Positions 25,585-33,903 of a stretch of 64,000 nucleotides of DNA are shown in pieces. The stretch spans positions 27,663 through 91,662 of the forward strand of contig JBBRNJ010000031.1 of NCBI GenBank assembly GCA_038230375.1, written 5' to 3'. The translations under genes and the position numbers were made by a program. Source of the stretch: Polyangiales bacterium (lineage in GTDB: Bacteria > Myxococcota_A > Polyangia > Polyangiales > Polyangiaceae). Below the pieces are notes generated by a model, which ran no database searches, was not told where the DNA came from, and worked only from the letters and a program-made list of their open reading frames with translations. Within the stretch, counting starts at the first letter, position 1. Every line of letters starts with the position of its first letter.

Positions 25585-27067
25585 GTACCTGACCTCCGAG
25601 AGCGTCGGCGTTGGTGTCGCGCTCGTCCTCCTGTTGGCGGCACGCGCGCTTCTTCGCAAGGAGGCGCAGCGCTCTGCGCGCGCACCGGCCGTTTTCCTGG
25701 CGCTTCATCTCATGGCGCAGCTGCTCCTGCGCGTGCTCCCCGAGCACGAGCCGTCTGCGCGCGCGGCGACGCTCGTGTCCGTGGTGCTGCTCTTCGCGTC
25801 GATCGGCCGAAGCGGCGTGCTGCTCTCGCTGGACGTGGTCATGGGCTCGCGCCTGGCGCGCCCGGTGCCGCGCATCTTCCGCGACATCATACAAGGTGTA
25901 GTCTACATCGTTCTGTTCCTGGTCGCGCTGCGCACCGCGGGCGTGGAGCCGGGCTCCATCCTCACGACGTCCGCGCTGCTCACCGCGGCGGTCGCGCTGT
26001 CGCTGCAGGAGACTCTCGGCAACCTGATCGCGGGCCTGGCGATCCAGGCGCAGCGCCCGTTCGACGTGGACGACTGGATCCAGTTCGATGCCGAGCCGAA
26101 GCACATCGGCAAGGTGCTCGAGATCAACTGGCGCGCAACGAAGTTGATCACCCTGGACGAAGTAGAGATCGTCGTGCCCAACGCGACGCTCGCGAAGGCG
26201 CCCATCACGAATTTCACGAAGCCCACGAGCGCCTCGCGCCGCTCGCTCTACGTGCAGGTGCCAGCGGACGTGCCACCGCACGCGGTGCGCAGCGCCGTCA
26301 TCCTGGGGCTTCCTGGCGCGCCAGGCGTGCTCACCAGCCCCCCGCCCACAGTGGTGATGAACGCGTTCGTCGACGGCAACATCGAGTACTGGATCCGCTT
26401 CTTCACGGCCGACTTCCACCTGCGCGACGGCGTCGACAGCGCTGCGCGGGAGCGCATCTGGTACTCGTTCGCGCGCGCCAACATCCCCATCGCCTCGCCG
26501 GGTCGCGCCGTCAAGATGGAGGAGGTCTCCATGGACACCCGCGCGCGCGACGAGGGGCTGCAGACGAAGGCCCGCTCCGAGGCGCTCGGCAGAGTGGACT
26601 TCTTGCGCGTGCTCTCCGCGGAGCAACGCCATCGCCTCGCAGAGGCAAGCCGCATCCACGTCTACGGCGCAGGTGAGCGCATCGTCATCGAGGGCCAGTC
26701 CACGACCGAGATGTTCATCGTGAAGCGCGGCACGGTCGCGATCTTGCGCGGCCAGGACGGCGCGCAGGTCCACGTGGCAACGCTCGGCCCCGGGGAGTTC
26801 TTCGGCGAGATGGCGCTGATGACCGGCGAGCTACGCAATGCAACGGTGCGAGCAGAGATGCCGACGAAGCTCATCAGCGTCGACTACGAGGCGATCAAGG
26901 GCGTGCTCGAGGAGGCGCCCGAGCTGGCCGCGCTGATCAGCCGTGTCATCAGCGAGCGCCAGGCCGCACACGCGGCGAAATCGATCGGGAAGTTGGAAGC
27001 AGCGCAGGTGGTGGAGGAACACAGCACGCAGCTACTGGGGAGAATCAAGAAGTTCTTCGCCTTGTGA
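25553..27067 (+). CDS. MscS family mechanosensitive channel with a C-terminal cNMP-binding domain
   Basis: LSLQETLGNLIAG..PFDVDDWI, INWRATKL..VPN; GEFFGEMALMTGELRNATV. Confidence 0.92.
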   Translation: MAAPQTVFQSEYLTSESVGVGVALVLLLAARALLRKEAQRSARAPAVFLALHLMAQLLLRVLPEHEPSARAATLVSVVLLFASIGRSGVLLSLDVVMGSRLARPVPRIFRDIIQGVVYIVLFLVALRTAGVEPGSILTTSALLTAAVALSLQETLGNLIAGLAIQAQRPFDVDDWIQFDAEPKHIGKVLEINWRATKLITLDEVEIVVPNATLAKAPITNFTKPTSASRRSLYVQVPADVPPHAVRSAVILGLPGAPGVLTSPPPTVVMNAFVDGNIEYWIRFFTADFHLRDGVDSAARERIWYSFARANIPIASPGRAVKMEEVSMDTRARDEGLQTKARSEALGRVDFLRVLSAEQRHRLAEASRIHVYGAGERIVIEGQSTTEMFIVKRGTVAILRGQDGAQVHVATLGPGEFFGEMALMTGELRNATVRAEMPTKLISVDYEAIKGVLEEAPELAALISRVISERQAAHAAKSIGKLEAAQVVEEHSTQLLGRIKKFFAL

Positions 27068-27123
27068 GTCGCATCTGAGCGTACGCTTCTCGAACGACCG
27101 GTGTCGTGAGAGGGAGTGGCGAC

Positions 27124-27972
27124 ATGAGAGCTGGCCTGCTGTTCGGGGTGATGAGCGTCGTGCTGCTTGGCTCGGCTTCTGCGCAAGCACACTTCAAGCT
27201 CGAGCAGCCAGCCGACTGGCTCCAGACCGATGCGAACGGCGATCCGCTCGGCGCGACGGGGACGCAGAAGATGAACCCCTGCGGCGGAGGCGATCCGTCC
27301 GGCCTCATCACCGAGGTCAACGCGGGCGCGACGATCCACATCAAGCTGACGGAGACGGTTCCCCACGGTGGGCACTACCGCGTGGCGTTCGTACCCAAGT
27401 ACACCCCCGTCAACATGGACATCCCCGAACCCAAGGTGACCGGCACATGCGTCTCTGCGGCGGTCGAGAACCCCGTCGTGGCGCCTGTGCTCGCGGACGG
27501 TCTGTTCGATCACACGCAGGCGACCGCGACCGCCGGCAAGGTCTGGGAGACCGACGTGAAGCTCCCGAGCACCATCGGCCCGGGCACTCTCCAGATCATC
27601 GAGTTCATGACGCCCCATGGCGCGCCCTGCTTCTACCACCACTGCGCGCAGCTCGAGCTCGTGGGACCGGACGCGGGGATCCCCGACGGCGGCTCCGTCG
27701 TGCTCGGTGACGCGGGCGCTGGAACGACCGCGGACGCAGGTGGGACCGGCGGCGGAGGCGGCGGCACGGGTGGCGGCACCGGAGGCGGCACGGGCGGCGG
27801 CACCGGCGGGGGCAATGGTGGTGGCGCGGATGGCGGCGGTTCGAACACCGCGGCGCCTACGGGCAACAGCGGTGGCTGCAGCGTTGGCGGAGGTCCCGTG
27901 TCGAGCCTCATGCCTCTCAGCATCTTCGGGCTCGCCGTCGCATCGATGTTCCGGCGGCGGCGCAAGGCCTGA
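27124..27972 (+). CDS. SCE4755-type polysaccharide monooxygenase-like (His-brace) protein with MYXO-CTERM
   Basis: Signal cleavage AQA|H leaves His1; QKMNPCG, ETVPHGGHYR, YHHCA; Gly linker; GGCSV-TM-RRRRKA. Confidence 0.85.
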   Translation: MRAGLLFGVMSVVLLGSASAQAHFKLEQPADWLQTDANGDPLGATGTQKMNPCGGGDPSGLITEVNAGATIHIKLTETVPHGGHYRVAFVPKYTPVNMDIPEPKVTGTCVSAAVENPVVAPVLADGLFDHTQATATAGKVWETDVKLPSTIGPGTLQIIEFMTPHGAPCFYHHCAQLELVGPDAGIPDGGSVVLGDAGAGTTADAGGTGGGGGGTGGGTGGGTGGGTGGGNGGGADGGGSNTAAPTGNSGGCSVGGGPVSSLMPLSIFGLAVASMFRRRRKA

Positions 27973-27998
27973 TCGAGCCTCGACGTTTCGTTTCCCGC

Positions 27999-29012
27999 CT
28001 ACTTCATCATCATGCTGCATTCGCCCTTGTTGCCGTGCGTTCCTTGCGCGAGGCAGGCTCGGTAACAGCGGTTGGCGTTTCCTCGATCGCCCTGCTCCTG
28101 GTAGGCGGCGCCAAGGTAGAGCCAGGAGTCTGCATCGGTGGGGTCAAGGGCGACGGCGTGCTCACCTGCGGTGATGGCTTCCTTCAGGCGCCCTGACTCG
28201 AGCGCTCGCTTCGCGCGATCTCGCTCTTGCCTGGCCTCTTCTGGGTTGCTCGACAAGGACGCGGACGATGCATCGGTGGATGCCCCCGCGTCCTGCGTGC
28301 TCTGGTCGCTCGCGTCTTCGGTCGTGGTGAGCGCGAGCGCGCCGGCGTCGCTCGGTGTGGATGCGGAGGTGGTCGCCGCATCCTGGTCCGTGGCGACGAT
28401 CGTGCTCGCGCTGGGTGATGCGCTGCTCGGCGTGGTGGATGTGGGTGCGGTGGGCTCCGGTGCATTGGCGCTGGTCTGCGCCGCGCTCACGGACGGAGGC
28501 GGCGGCGGCGGCTCTTCGGTGCGCGTCGCGTGGCGCACGGCAGCGATCGCCGTGAGCGCGAGGCATCCACCCACGAACCACGTAACGACGCGCACGTTCT
28601 TCTTGCGGCGCTCCTTGGCTTCGGCGGAGAAGACGCGGAGCTGGGGCTCGTCCAGGTCGTCGTCCATGCCCATGCCATGCGGCATACGCGGCGGCGGGGG
28701 CGCGAAGAACTCCGCGTGGTGCAGACCGCTGTCCTCGCGTTGCTCACCGGACTTGGTGCTCAGGCTGGGTGTGCTCTTCGGGAACAACCCCTTCCCCGAG
28801 CCGGGCGCCTTCGGGATGCTGTCAGTCTTGACGGCGACGCTCGGAGGCGGCGTGCTCGCACGCTGGCTCTTCACCGAGCTGACCGAGCTGATGGATGTGG
28901 TGCTCGGCGGAGGCGTGGACGGAAGGGTCTTCGAGCTCGAGAGCGCTGGCGGCGCAGAGCGACGAGCCTCTTCCTTCTTCTTCGGCTGCGAACGTGATTT
29001 GTTCTTCTTCAC
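27999..29012 (-). CDS. Single-TM protein with disordered linkers and a C-terminal TPR
   Basis: AVALDPTDADSWLYLGAAYQE TPR; one TM helix; Ser/Pro/Thr-rich. Confidence 0.8.
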   Translation of the reverse strand: MKKNKSRSQPKKKEEARRSAPPALSSSKTLPSTPPPSTTSISSVSSVKSQRASTPPPSVAVKTDSIPKAPGSGKGLFPKSTPSLSTKSGEQREDSGLHHAEFFAPPPPRMPHGMGMDDDLDEPQLRVFSAEAKERRKKNVRVVTWFVGGCLALTAIAAVRHATRTEEPPPPPPSVSAAQTSANAPEPTAPTSTTPSSASPSASTIVATDQDAATTSASTPSDAGALALTTTEDASDQSTQDAGASTDASSASLSSNPEEARQERDRAKRALESGRLKEAITAGEHAVALDPTDADSWLYLGAAYQEQGDRGNANRCYRACLAQGTHGNKGECSMMMK

Positions 29013-29074
29013 GGGGCGGCAGTGCTCATTACCATAGCCTCAAGGTCCCTGCGCAGCTGCCGTTCACCGGGGAG

Positions 29075-29287
29075 ATGAGCATCTCTTCCATGGGCTCCGC
29101 TACGGCTGGGATGGCCGCTGCGATGACGCGCCTGAATGATGTTGCCTCGCAGGCCGCGTCGGGAGACGTGGACATGGCATCGCAGGCCGTGGGCCTTGCA
29201 CGGGCGAAGACGCAGCTGCGTGCAAGCGCCGCAGTTCTGCGCGCAACGAACGAGATGATGGGCACGCTGCTCGACGTGGTCGGTTGA
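29075..29287 (+). CDS. Small protein resembling fused N- and C-terminal helices of flagellar rod proteins (Flg_bbr_C-like)
   Basis: GGGGAG SD then ATG; A..GM.AA..RL...A and ASAAVLRATNEMMGTLLDV. Confidence 0.7.
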   Translation: MSISSMGSATAGMAAAMTRLNDVASQAASGDVDMASQAVGLARAKTQLRASAAVLRATNEMMGTLLDVVG

Positions 29288-29290
29288 GAG

Positions 29291-30172
29291 TCAGCGAACC
29301 ACGAGCACGGAGCAGTGCGAGTGACGGACCACCGCCTCTGCGACGCTTCCGAGCAGAAGACGCGTGAGCCCCGTGCGGCTGCGGCTGCCGAGGATCACGA
29401 GGTCCGCCTGGAGCGCCTCTGCACGCGCGAGGATCTGGTCCGACGGTTTGCCGTCTGCCTGCTCGCCCGAGGTGAAACCGTACTGCTTCACCAGACCGTC
29501 GAGCGTGGTCTTGCCGAGGTTCGCGAGCTCGGCCATGGCCTGCGTTGACGGTGGCGCCCACACGCCACCGAGCGGGCCCGAGGCGGCGGCGAGCGCGACA
29601 GAGGGGAGCTCCACCACGTGGAGGAGCGTCACGTCGTAGCCGCCCTTCGCCATGCGTCCGCCGATCTCGATCGCGCGCGTTGCTTCCTCGGCGAAGTCCG
29701 TGGCGACGAGGACATGCTTACCCTTGGTCTCTGGACGCGCGATGAGCACCGACGCCTTCGCATAACGGACGACGCGCTCCGCCACGTGCCCGAGGTACTT
29801 GTCGATTCCTTCGCGAACCTTTGCGCCCACGACGATCAGCGAGACGTCGTGCGCCTCTGCCGCGCGGACAATCTCGTCCTCGGCATCGCCGGTCTCGATC
29901 TGGACGGTGAACGCGTCCGGGGAAAGATTCAGCACGTTGCGCACTTGCTCGGTGGCGAGATCTGCGGCGCGCGTCGTGAGGTCCAGGGCCGCGACGCCTT
30001 CACTGCCGCCGGGCGTGGGGAGCAGCGGGTGATTGCGGAGGACGTCCGGGATCACATGCACCACGAGCAACTGCGCGCCGTTGAGGCGGGCCTGCGCCAG
30101 CGCGCGGCTCAGCGCGGGCTCCGATGCGGGGGTCAAATCGGTCGCGACGAGGATGGGGTTGGGGGCGCTCAC
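29291..30172 (-). CDS. Tandem universal stress protein
   Basis: Two ILVATD starts; LIVVG..LGHVAERVVR; LVILGSRS..LLGSVAEAVVRHSHCSVLVVR. Confidence 0.92.
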   Translation of the reverse strand: MSAPNPILVATDLTPASEPALSRALAQARLNGAQLLVVHVIPDVLRNHPLLPTPGGSEGVAALDLTTRAADLATEQVRNVLNLSPDAFTVQIETGDAEDEIVRAAEAHDVSLIVVGAKVREGIDKYLGHVAERVVRYAKASVLIARPETKGKHVLVATDFAEEATRAIEIGGRMAKGGYDVTLLHVVELPSVALAAASGPLGGVWAPPSTQAMAELANLGKTTLDGLVKQYGFTSGEQADGKPSDQILARAEALQADLVILGSRSRTGLTRLLLGSVAEAVVRHSHCSVLVVR

Positions 30173-30203
30173 AGGCTGGGACCTTATCTGATATCGTGTC
30201 TTC

Positions 30204-31190
30204 ATGCGACGAGGGGCGATCGTGATCGTGGGGATTTCGCTGATCGGGATCGTTACGGCGATCGCATGTGGCGATAATGGACCAAGCGCGCTGTCGAACG
30301 GACAGACCCTTCCGCCAGGCACTGGTGGCGGCGACGTGGACGGCGGCACTGGCCCGTCACCCACGGGAAGCTCGCCCACGGACAGCGGACCATCGCCAGG
30401 CACCGACAGCGGCGGCAGCGACGCAGCTCTTGCGCGTGACCTGTCCACGGACCGCATGAAGTTCTTCGGCGCGTCTCGCTGCTCCGCCGCGGGACTCCTG
30501 CTGTGCGAGGACTTCGAGAGCGGCGCGCTCGACAAGAACATCTGGACCGTACAGGGCCAGACCCCGACCATCGACGGCGTGAAATCCGCGCGTGGTGCGA
30601 AGGCGCTCCACATCAACATCACCGGCAACGGCGCGTCGTACATCAAGGAGACGAAGACGTTCCCGGCGCCGAACAACACGTACTGGGGACGCGCGTTCGT
30701 CTACTTCAATCAGCTCCCCAAGCCCGACGTGGACGCGGGCTTCACGTACGCGCACTGGACGTTCGCGGCCGGCGTTGGCACCGGCGTGAAGGGCGAGATT
30801 CGCCTGAGCGGCCAGCTCCAGGCGGCGGGCAACATCTTCGGCGTGGGCACCGACTCCACGCCCGCAGAGGCGGGGACTGGTGACTGGACCACCTCCGACA
30901 ACGATCCGGCGGGCGCGCCCAAGGTCGTGCCCACGGGCTCGTGGCTGTGCATCGAGTGGCAGCACTCCGGACAGACGAACGAGACGCGCTTCTTCTGGGA
31001 CGCGACCGAGCACACGTCGCTGCACACCACGGCCATGAAGCATGGCGGCGTCCAGGCGAACCCGTACATCATGCCGAACTTCACGGAGGCATGGGTGGGC
31101 TGGCAGGAGTACCAGGCCAACGCTGAGCAGTTCGAGCTCTGGGTCGACGAGATCGGCATCGACGGCGCGCGTATCGGCTGCGTGCTCTGA
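30204..31190 (+). CDS. Lipoprotein with a Cip1-like/concanavalin-type beta-sandwich
   Basis: Lipobox AIAC; LCEDFESG, ARGAKALHI, YWGRAFVY, WLCIEW, LWVDEI, RIGC. Confidence 0.7.
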   Translation: MRRGAIVIVGISLIGIVTAIACGDNGPSALSNGQTLPPGTGGGDVDGGTGPSPTGSSPTDSGPSPGTDSGGSDAALARDLSTDRMKFFGASRCSAAGLLLCEDFESGALDKNIWTVQGQTPTIDGVKSARGAKALHINITGNGASYIKETKTFPAPNNTYWGRAFVYFNQLPKPDVDAGFTYAHWTFAAGVGTGVKGEIRLSGQLQAAGNIFGVGTDSTPAEAGTGDWTTSDNDPAGAPKVVPTGSWLCIEWQHSGQTNETRFFWDATEHTSLHTTAMKHGGVQANPYIMPNFTEAWVGWQEYQANAEQFELWVDEIGIDGARIGCVL

Positions 31191-31217
31191 GCGGACCGAC
31201 GGAAGAAATCCTGCGGC

Positions 31218-32234
31218 TCACCCCGCCAGGTGAGAAGCGATCAGCTCGTACGATCTCCGCCGCGCCGCATGCTCGTGCACGGCCGTCGTGATCATGATCT
31301 CATCCGCGCCCGTCGTCTCCCGCAGCTCCGCGAGCTTCTTCGTCACGGTCGCCGCGCTCCCGACGAGCCCGCCATCGGTGTGTGGCACAAGGCGCATGTC
31401 CTCGTCGGTCCATGTGTACGCCTCTGCCGCTTCCACGCTCGGCAGCGGGAGGTCTCGCAGACCCTGCGAGAACTGCAGCCACCGCAGCCTTCCGCTCTGC
31501 GACAGGCGCTTCGCTTCTTCATCCGTGTCGGCCGCCAGTGCAGCGACCGCGAGAATGACATGCGGCTCCTTCGTGCGCGCGCTGGGCATGAAGTCGCGAC
31601 GGTAGGCGCGCGTCACCTCCGCTGCATCGTCGGGTGCAAAGTGATGCGCGAACGCGAACGGCAGACCGTGCTTCGCTGCGAGCGCACCGCCGAACGCGCT
31701 CGAGCCGAGCACGTGCACCACTGGCGCCACCACGGGCGATGGCACCGCTACGATCGACGTCGCAAAGGGCGGACGGATCTCGAGATCGTCCGCGAGGAAG
31801 CCCTGAAGCGCGAACAGATCGTCCTCCATCGCGTCTGGTGGTGGCAGCTTTGCGTCCGCTGGAAGTCGACGCAACGCGCGCGCCGTGCGCCCATCGGAGC
31901 CAGGCGCGCGGCCAACCCCCAGATCGATGCGCCCCGGAAAAAATCCGGACAGCGTGCGAAACGACTCTGCGATCCTGAGCGGGGCGTGGTTCGGCAGCAT
32001 GACGCCACCCGAGCCCACGCGAATGCGCGAGGTCTTCGACGCGACCACGGCGATGAGCACCTCGGGTGACGAGCACGCCATGCTCTTCGCGTTGTGATGC
32101 TCCGCAAGCCAGTAGCGCGCGTAGCCAAGGGACTCCGCGTGCACGGCGAGATCGATCGTGCTCGCGAGCGCGTCGCTCGGAGTCCTCCCGCTCGAGATGG
32201 GAGACAGGTCCAGCACGGAGAGCGGAAAACGCAT
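31218..32234 (-). CDS. LLM class flavin-dependent oxidoreductase (luciferase-like)
   Basis: LSVLDLSP, RYWLAEHH, IRVGSGGVMLPNH, GRIDLGVGRAPG; true start MRFPL. Confidence 0.93.
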   Translation of the reverse strand: MRFPLSVLDLSPISSGRTPSDALASTIDLAVHAESLGYARYWLAEHHNAKSMACSSPEVLIAVVASKTSRIRVGSGGVMLPNHAPLRIAESFRTLSGFFPGRIDLGVGRAPGSDGRTARALRRLPADAKLPPPDAMEDDLFALQGFLADDLEIRPPFATSIVAVPSPVVAPVVHVLGSSAFGGALAAKHGLPFAFAHHFAPDDAAEVTRAYRRDFMPSARTKEPHVILAVAALAADTDEEAKRLSQSGRLRWLQFSQGLRDLPLPSVEAAEAYTWTDEDMRLVPHTDGGLVGSAATVTKKLAELRETTGADEIMITTAVHEHAARRRSYELIASHLAG

Positions 32235-32260
32235 GGCGCCCTCCATGCTAGACCCAGAGG

Positions 32261-32623
32261 CTACTTGCCCGTGACCTGCGTGCAGCCCTGCGTGTAGAGC
32301 CCGAGGATGTTGGTGCCCTTGTACTCGACCGAGTGAATCTCGGTGATCTGGCCGGCCTTCTTCGCCGAGTTGAGGCTCGCGTCGCCGAAGGCGAGCGCAC
32401 CCAGGAAGCCAGTCGCGCAAGACTCGCCGGTCTTGTCGCCCGTCTTGCCCGGACCGTCCGCGGCGTAGGTCATCATCTTGTGAGGTGTCTGCGTCTGCGT
32501 GTAGAGCGACCCCGACGGATAGTCGCCCGCGCCGGTGACGGCCCCCAACGCGGAGCATCCCGTCGTCCCCAGAACGAGACCGACCAGGGCGATTTCTACG
32601 ACTTTTGACTTCATTGTGTTCAT
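32261..32623 (-). CDS. TRL-like domain lipoprotein
   Basis: Lipobox TTGC; KTGESCATGFLGALAFGDASLNSAKKAGQITEIHSVEY..ILGLY..GCTQVTGK. Confidence 0.85.
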   Translation of the reverse strand: MNTMKSKVVEIALVGLVLGTTGCSALGAVTGAGDYPSGSLYTQTQTPHKMMTYAADGPGKTGDKTGESCATGFLGALAFGDASLNSAKKAGQITEIHSVEYKGTNILGLYTQGCTQVTGK

Positions 32624-32856
32624 GACCGCGTCCTCCGCGCCAGGGCACCGCCCGGCCGACCCTCGTACGCTACGATTGACGGCGAAAATGGCCCAAAAAA
32701 CGGCGAAGGCTGTCGCCGCCATCTGCCGGGCCGCACTGGTAGCTCGACCATGGACACGCGAATCGTTCCGGGACTTTTGCGAGCGGCGAGAACCGCAGCT
32801 GACTGTTGCCGACTTGGAAATGGACGACGGGGGAAAGATGGGCCAGAAGGAGGCCC

Positions 32857-33465
32857 GTGAAGGTTTCCTCCGCTCTCCTGCCCCTGTTCGGCCTCGCGCT
32901 TGCCACGTCCTCTCTCGTCGCGTGCGTCTACGCGAGCGACGCGCCCACGCCGTTGAGCAGCGGCACGGGCACCGCGGCGGACGGAACCGATCCCGCCAAT
33001 ACGGACAGCGATGGTGGCGGCGGCACAAATAGCGGAGGTGGTGGTGGCGGAGGTGGTGGAGACACCGATGCTGGTGGTGGTGGTGGTGGCGGTGGGGGCA
33101 CCGACGCGGGCAAGCAGTTCACCGATGCCGGCATGCAGTCGACGGACGCGGGCCAGGTCTCGGGCCCGCCCACGTGGACCACGATCTACGCGACGTACTT
33201 CGCAGCAGGGACGCCCGGCAACTGCGGCGCGAGCGGCTGCCACCTGGCCACGAACAAGGGCGTGAAGTGCGCCGACAAGGCGACGTGCTTCAGCACGCTC
33301 ACGACGCAGGGCTACATCAGCGGCACGTCGAGCCCCCTCGCGACCACGCAGTCCTGCCTCACCTGGTACGGCAGCAACGGCAACATGCCCCCCTCCGGTG
33401 GCGCGAACACGAAGGCGAAGACGGCCATCAACGCGTGGGTCGCCGCAGGCGCATCGAACAACTGA
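32857..33465 (+). CDS. Lipoprotein with an atypical cytochrome c-like domain
   Basis: Lipobox LVAC; PTWTTIY, CGASGCH, NMPP, INAWVAAGASNN; GTG start. Confidence 0.8.
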   Translation: MKVSSALLPLFGLALATSSLVACVYASDAPTPLSSGTGTAADGTDPANTDSDGGGGTNSGGGGGGGGGDTDAGGGGGGGGGTDAGKQFTDAGMQSTDAGQVSGPPTWTTIYATYFAAGTPGNCGASGCHLATNKGVKCADKATCFSTLTTQGYISGTSSPLATTQSCLTWYGSNGNMPPSGGANTKAKTAINAWVAAGASNN

Positions 33466-33580
33466 GTTCGACTTCGAACTTCGACCTCGACCCCGACCTC
33501 GACCTCGACCTCGACCTCGACCTCGACCTCGACCCCGACCTCGACCTCGACCTCGACCTCGACCCCGACCTCGACCCCGA
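33466..33580 (+). repeat. (TCGACC)n microsatellite
   Basis: Nearly perfect TCGACC/CCGACC run starting right after a stop codon. Confidence 0.95.
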
Positions 33581-33828
33581 GCGGTGGTGGCCTGCGCCTC
33601 GACAACCTCGGCGACAAAGCGAAGGCGTTCTATCTGCCCGCCGGTTGCCTCGTCGTGACGGACGAGCCGGCGAAGAAGCAGATCGGATACTCGTCGCCCT
33701 CCGCGAACGAACGCGACCTCACGTACACGGCGACGAACCTGCAGATCAACAAGGCGACGATCGACTGGAAGGCGACCGCGAAGATCACAGTGACCGGCAA
33801 CGACTACAAGCCGCCCTGCGCCTACTGA
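33580..33828 (+). pseudogene. Start-less gene fragment
   Basis: Open frame with coding-type codons: SGGGLRLDNLGDKAKAFYLPAGCLVVTDEPAKKQ...LQINKATIDWKATAKITVTGNDYKPPCAY*. Confidence 0.6.
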
Positions 33829-33903
33829 GAGAATCATCGCCCGCGCGCCTGGGTTCGTCTAACCTGAGGGCCAGGAGCGTCCGCGCTCCCAACCCCCTCC
33901 CCC

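Noticed and set aside
33463..33500. Selenocysteine recoding at the TGA
   Set aside because: The hairpin is too small and too close for a bacterial SECIS, and the codon is not in a redox-motif context
33466..33580. Repeat tracts as CRISPR arrays
   Set aside because: They are 6-bp tandem units without spacers, and there are no cas genes in the window
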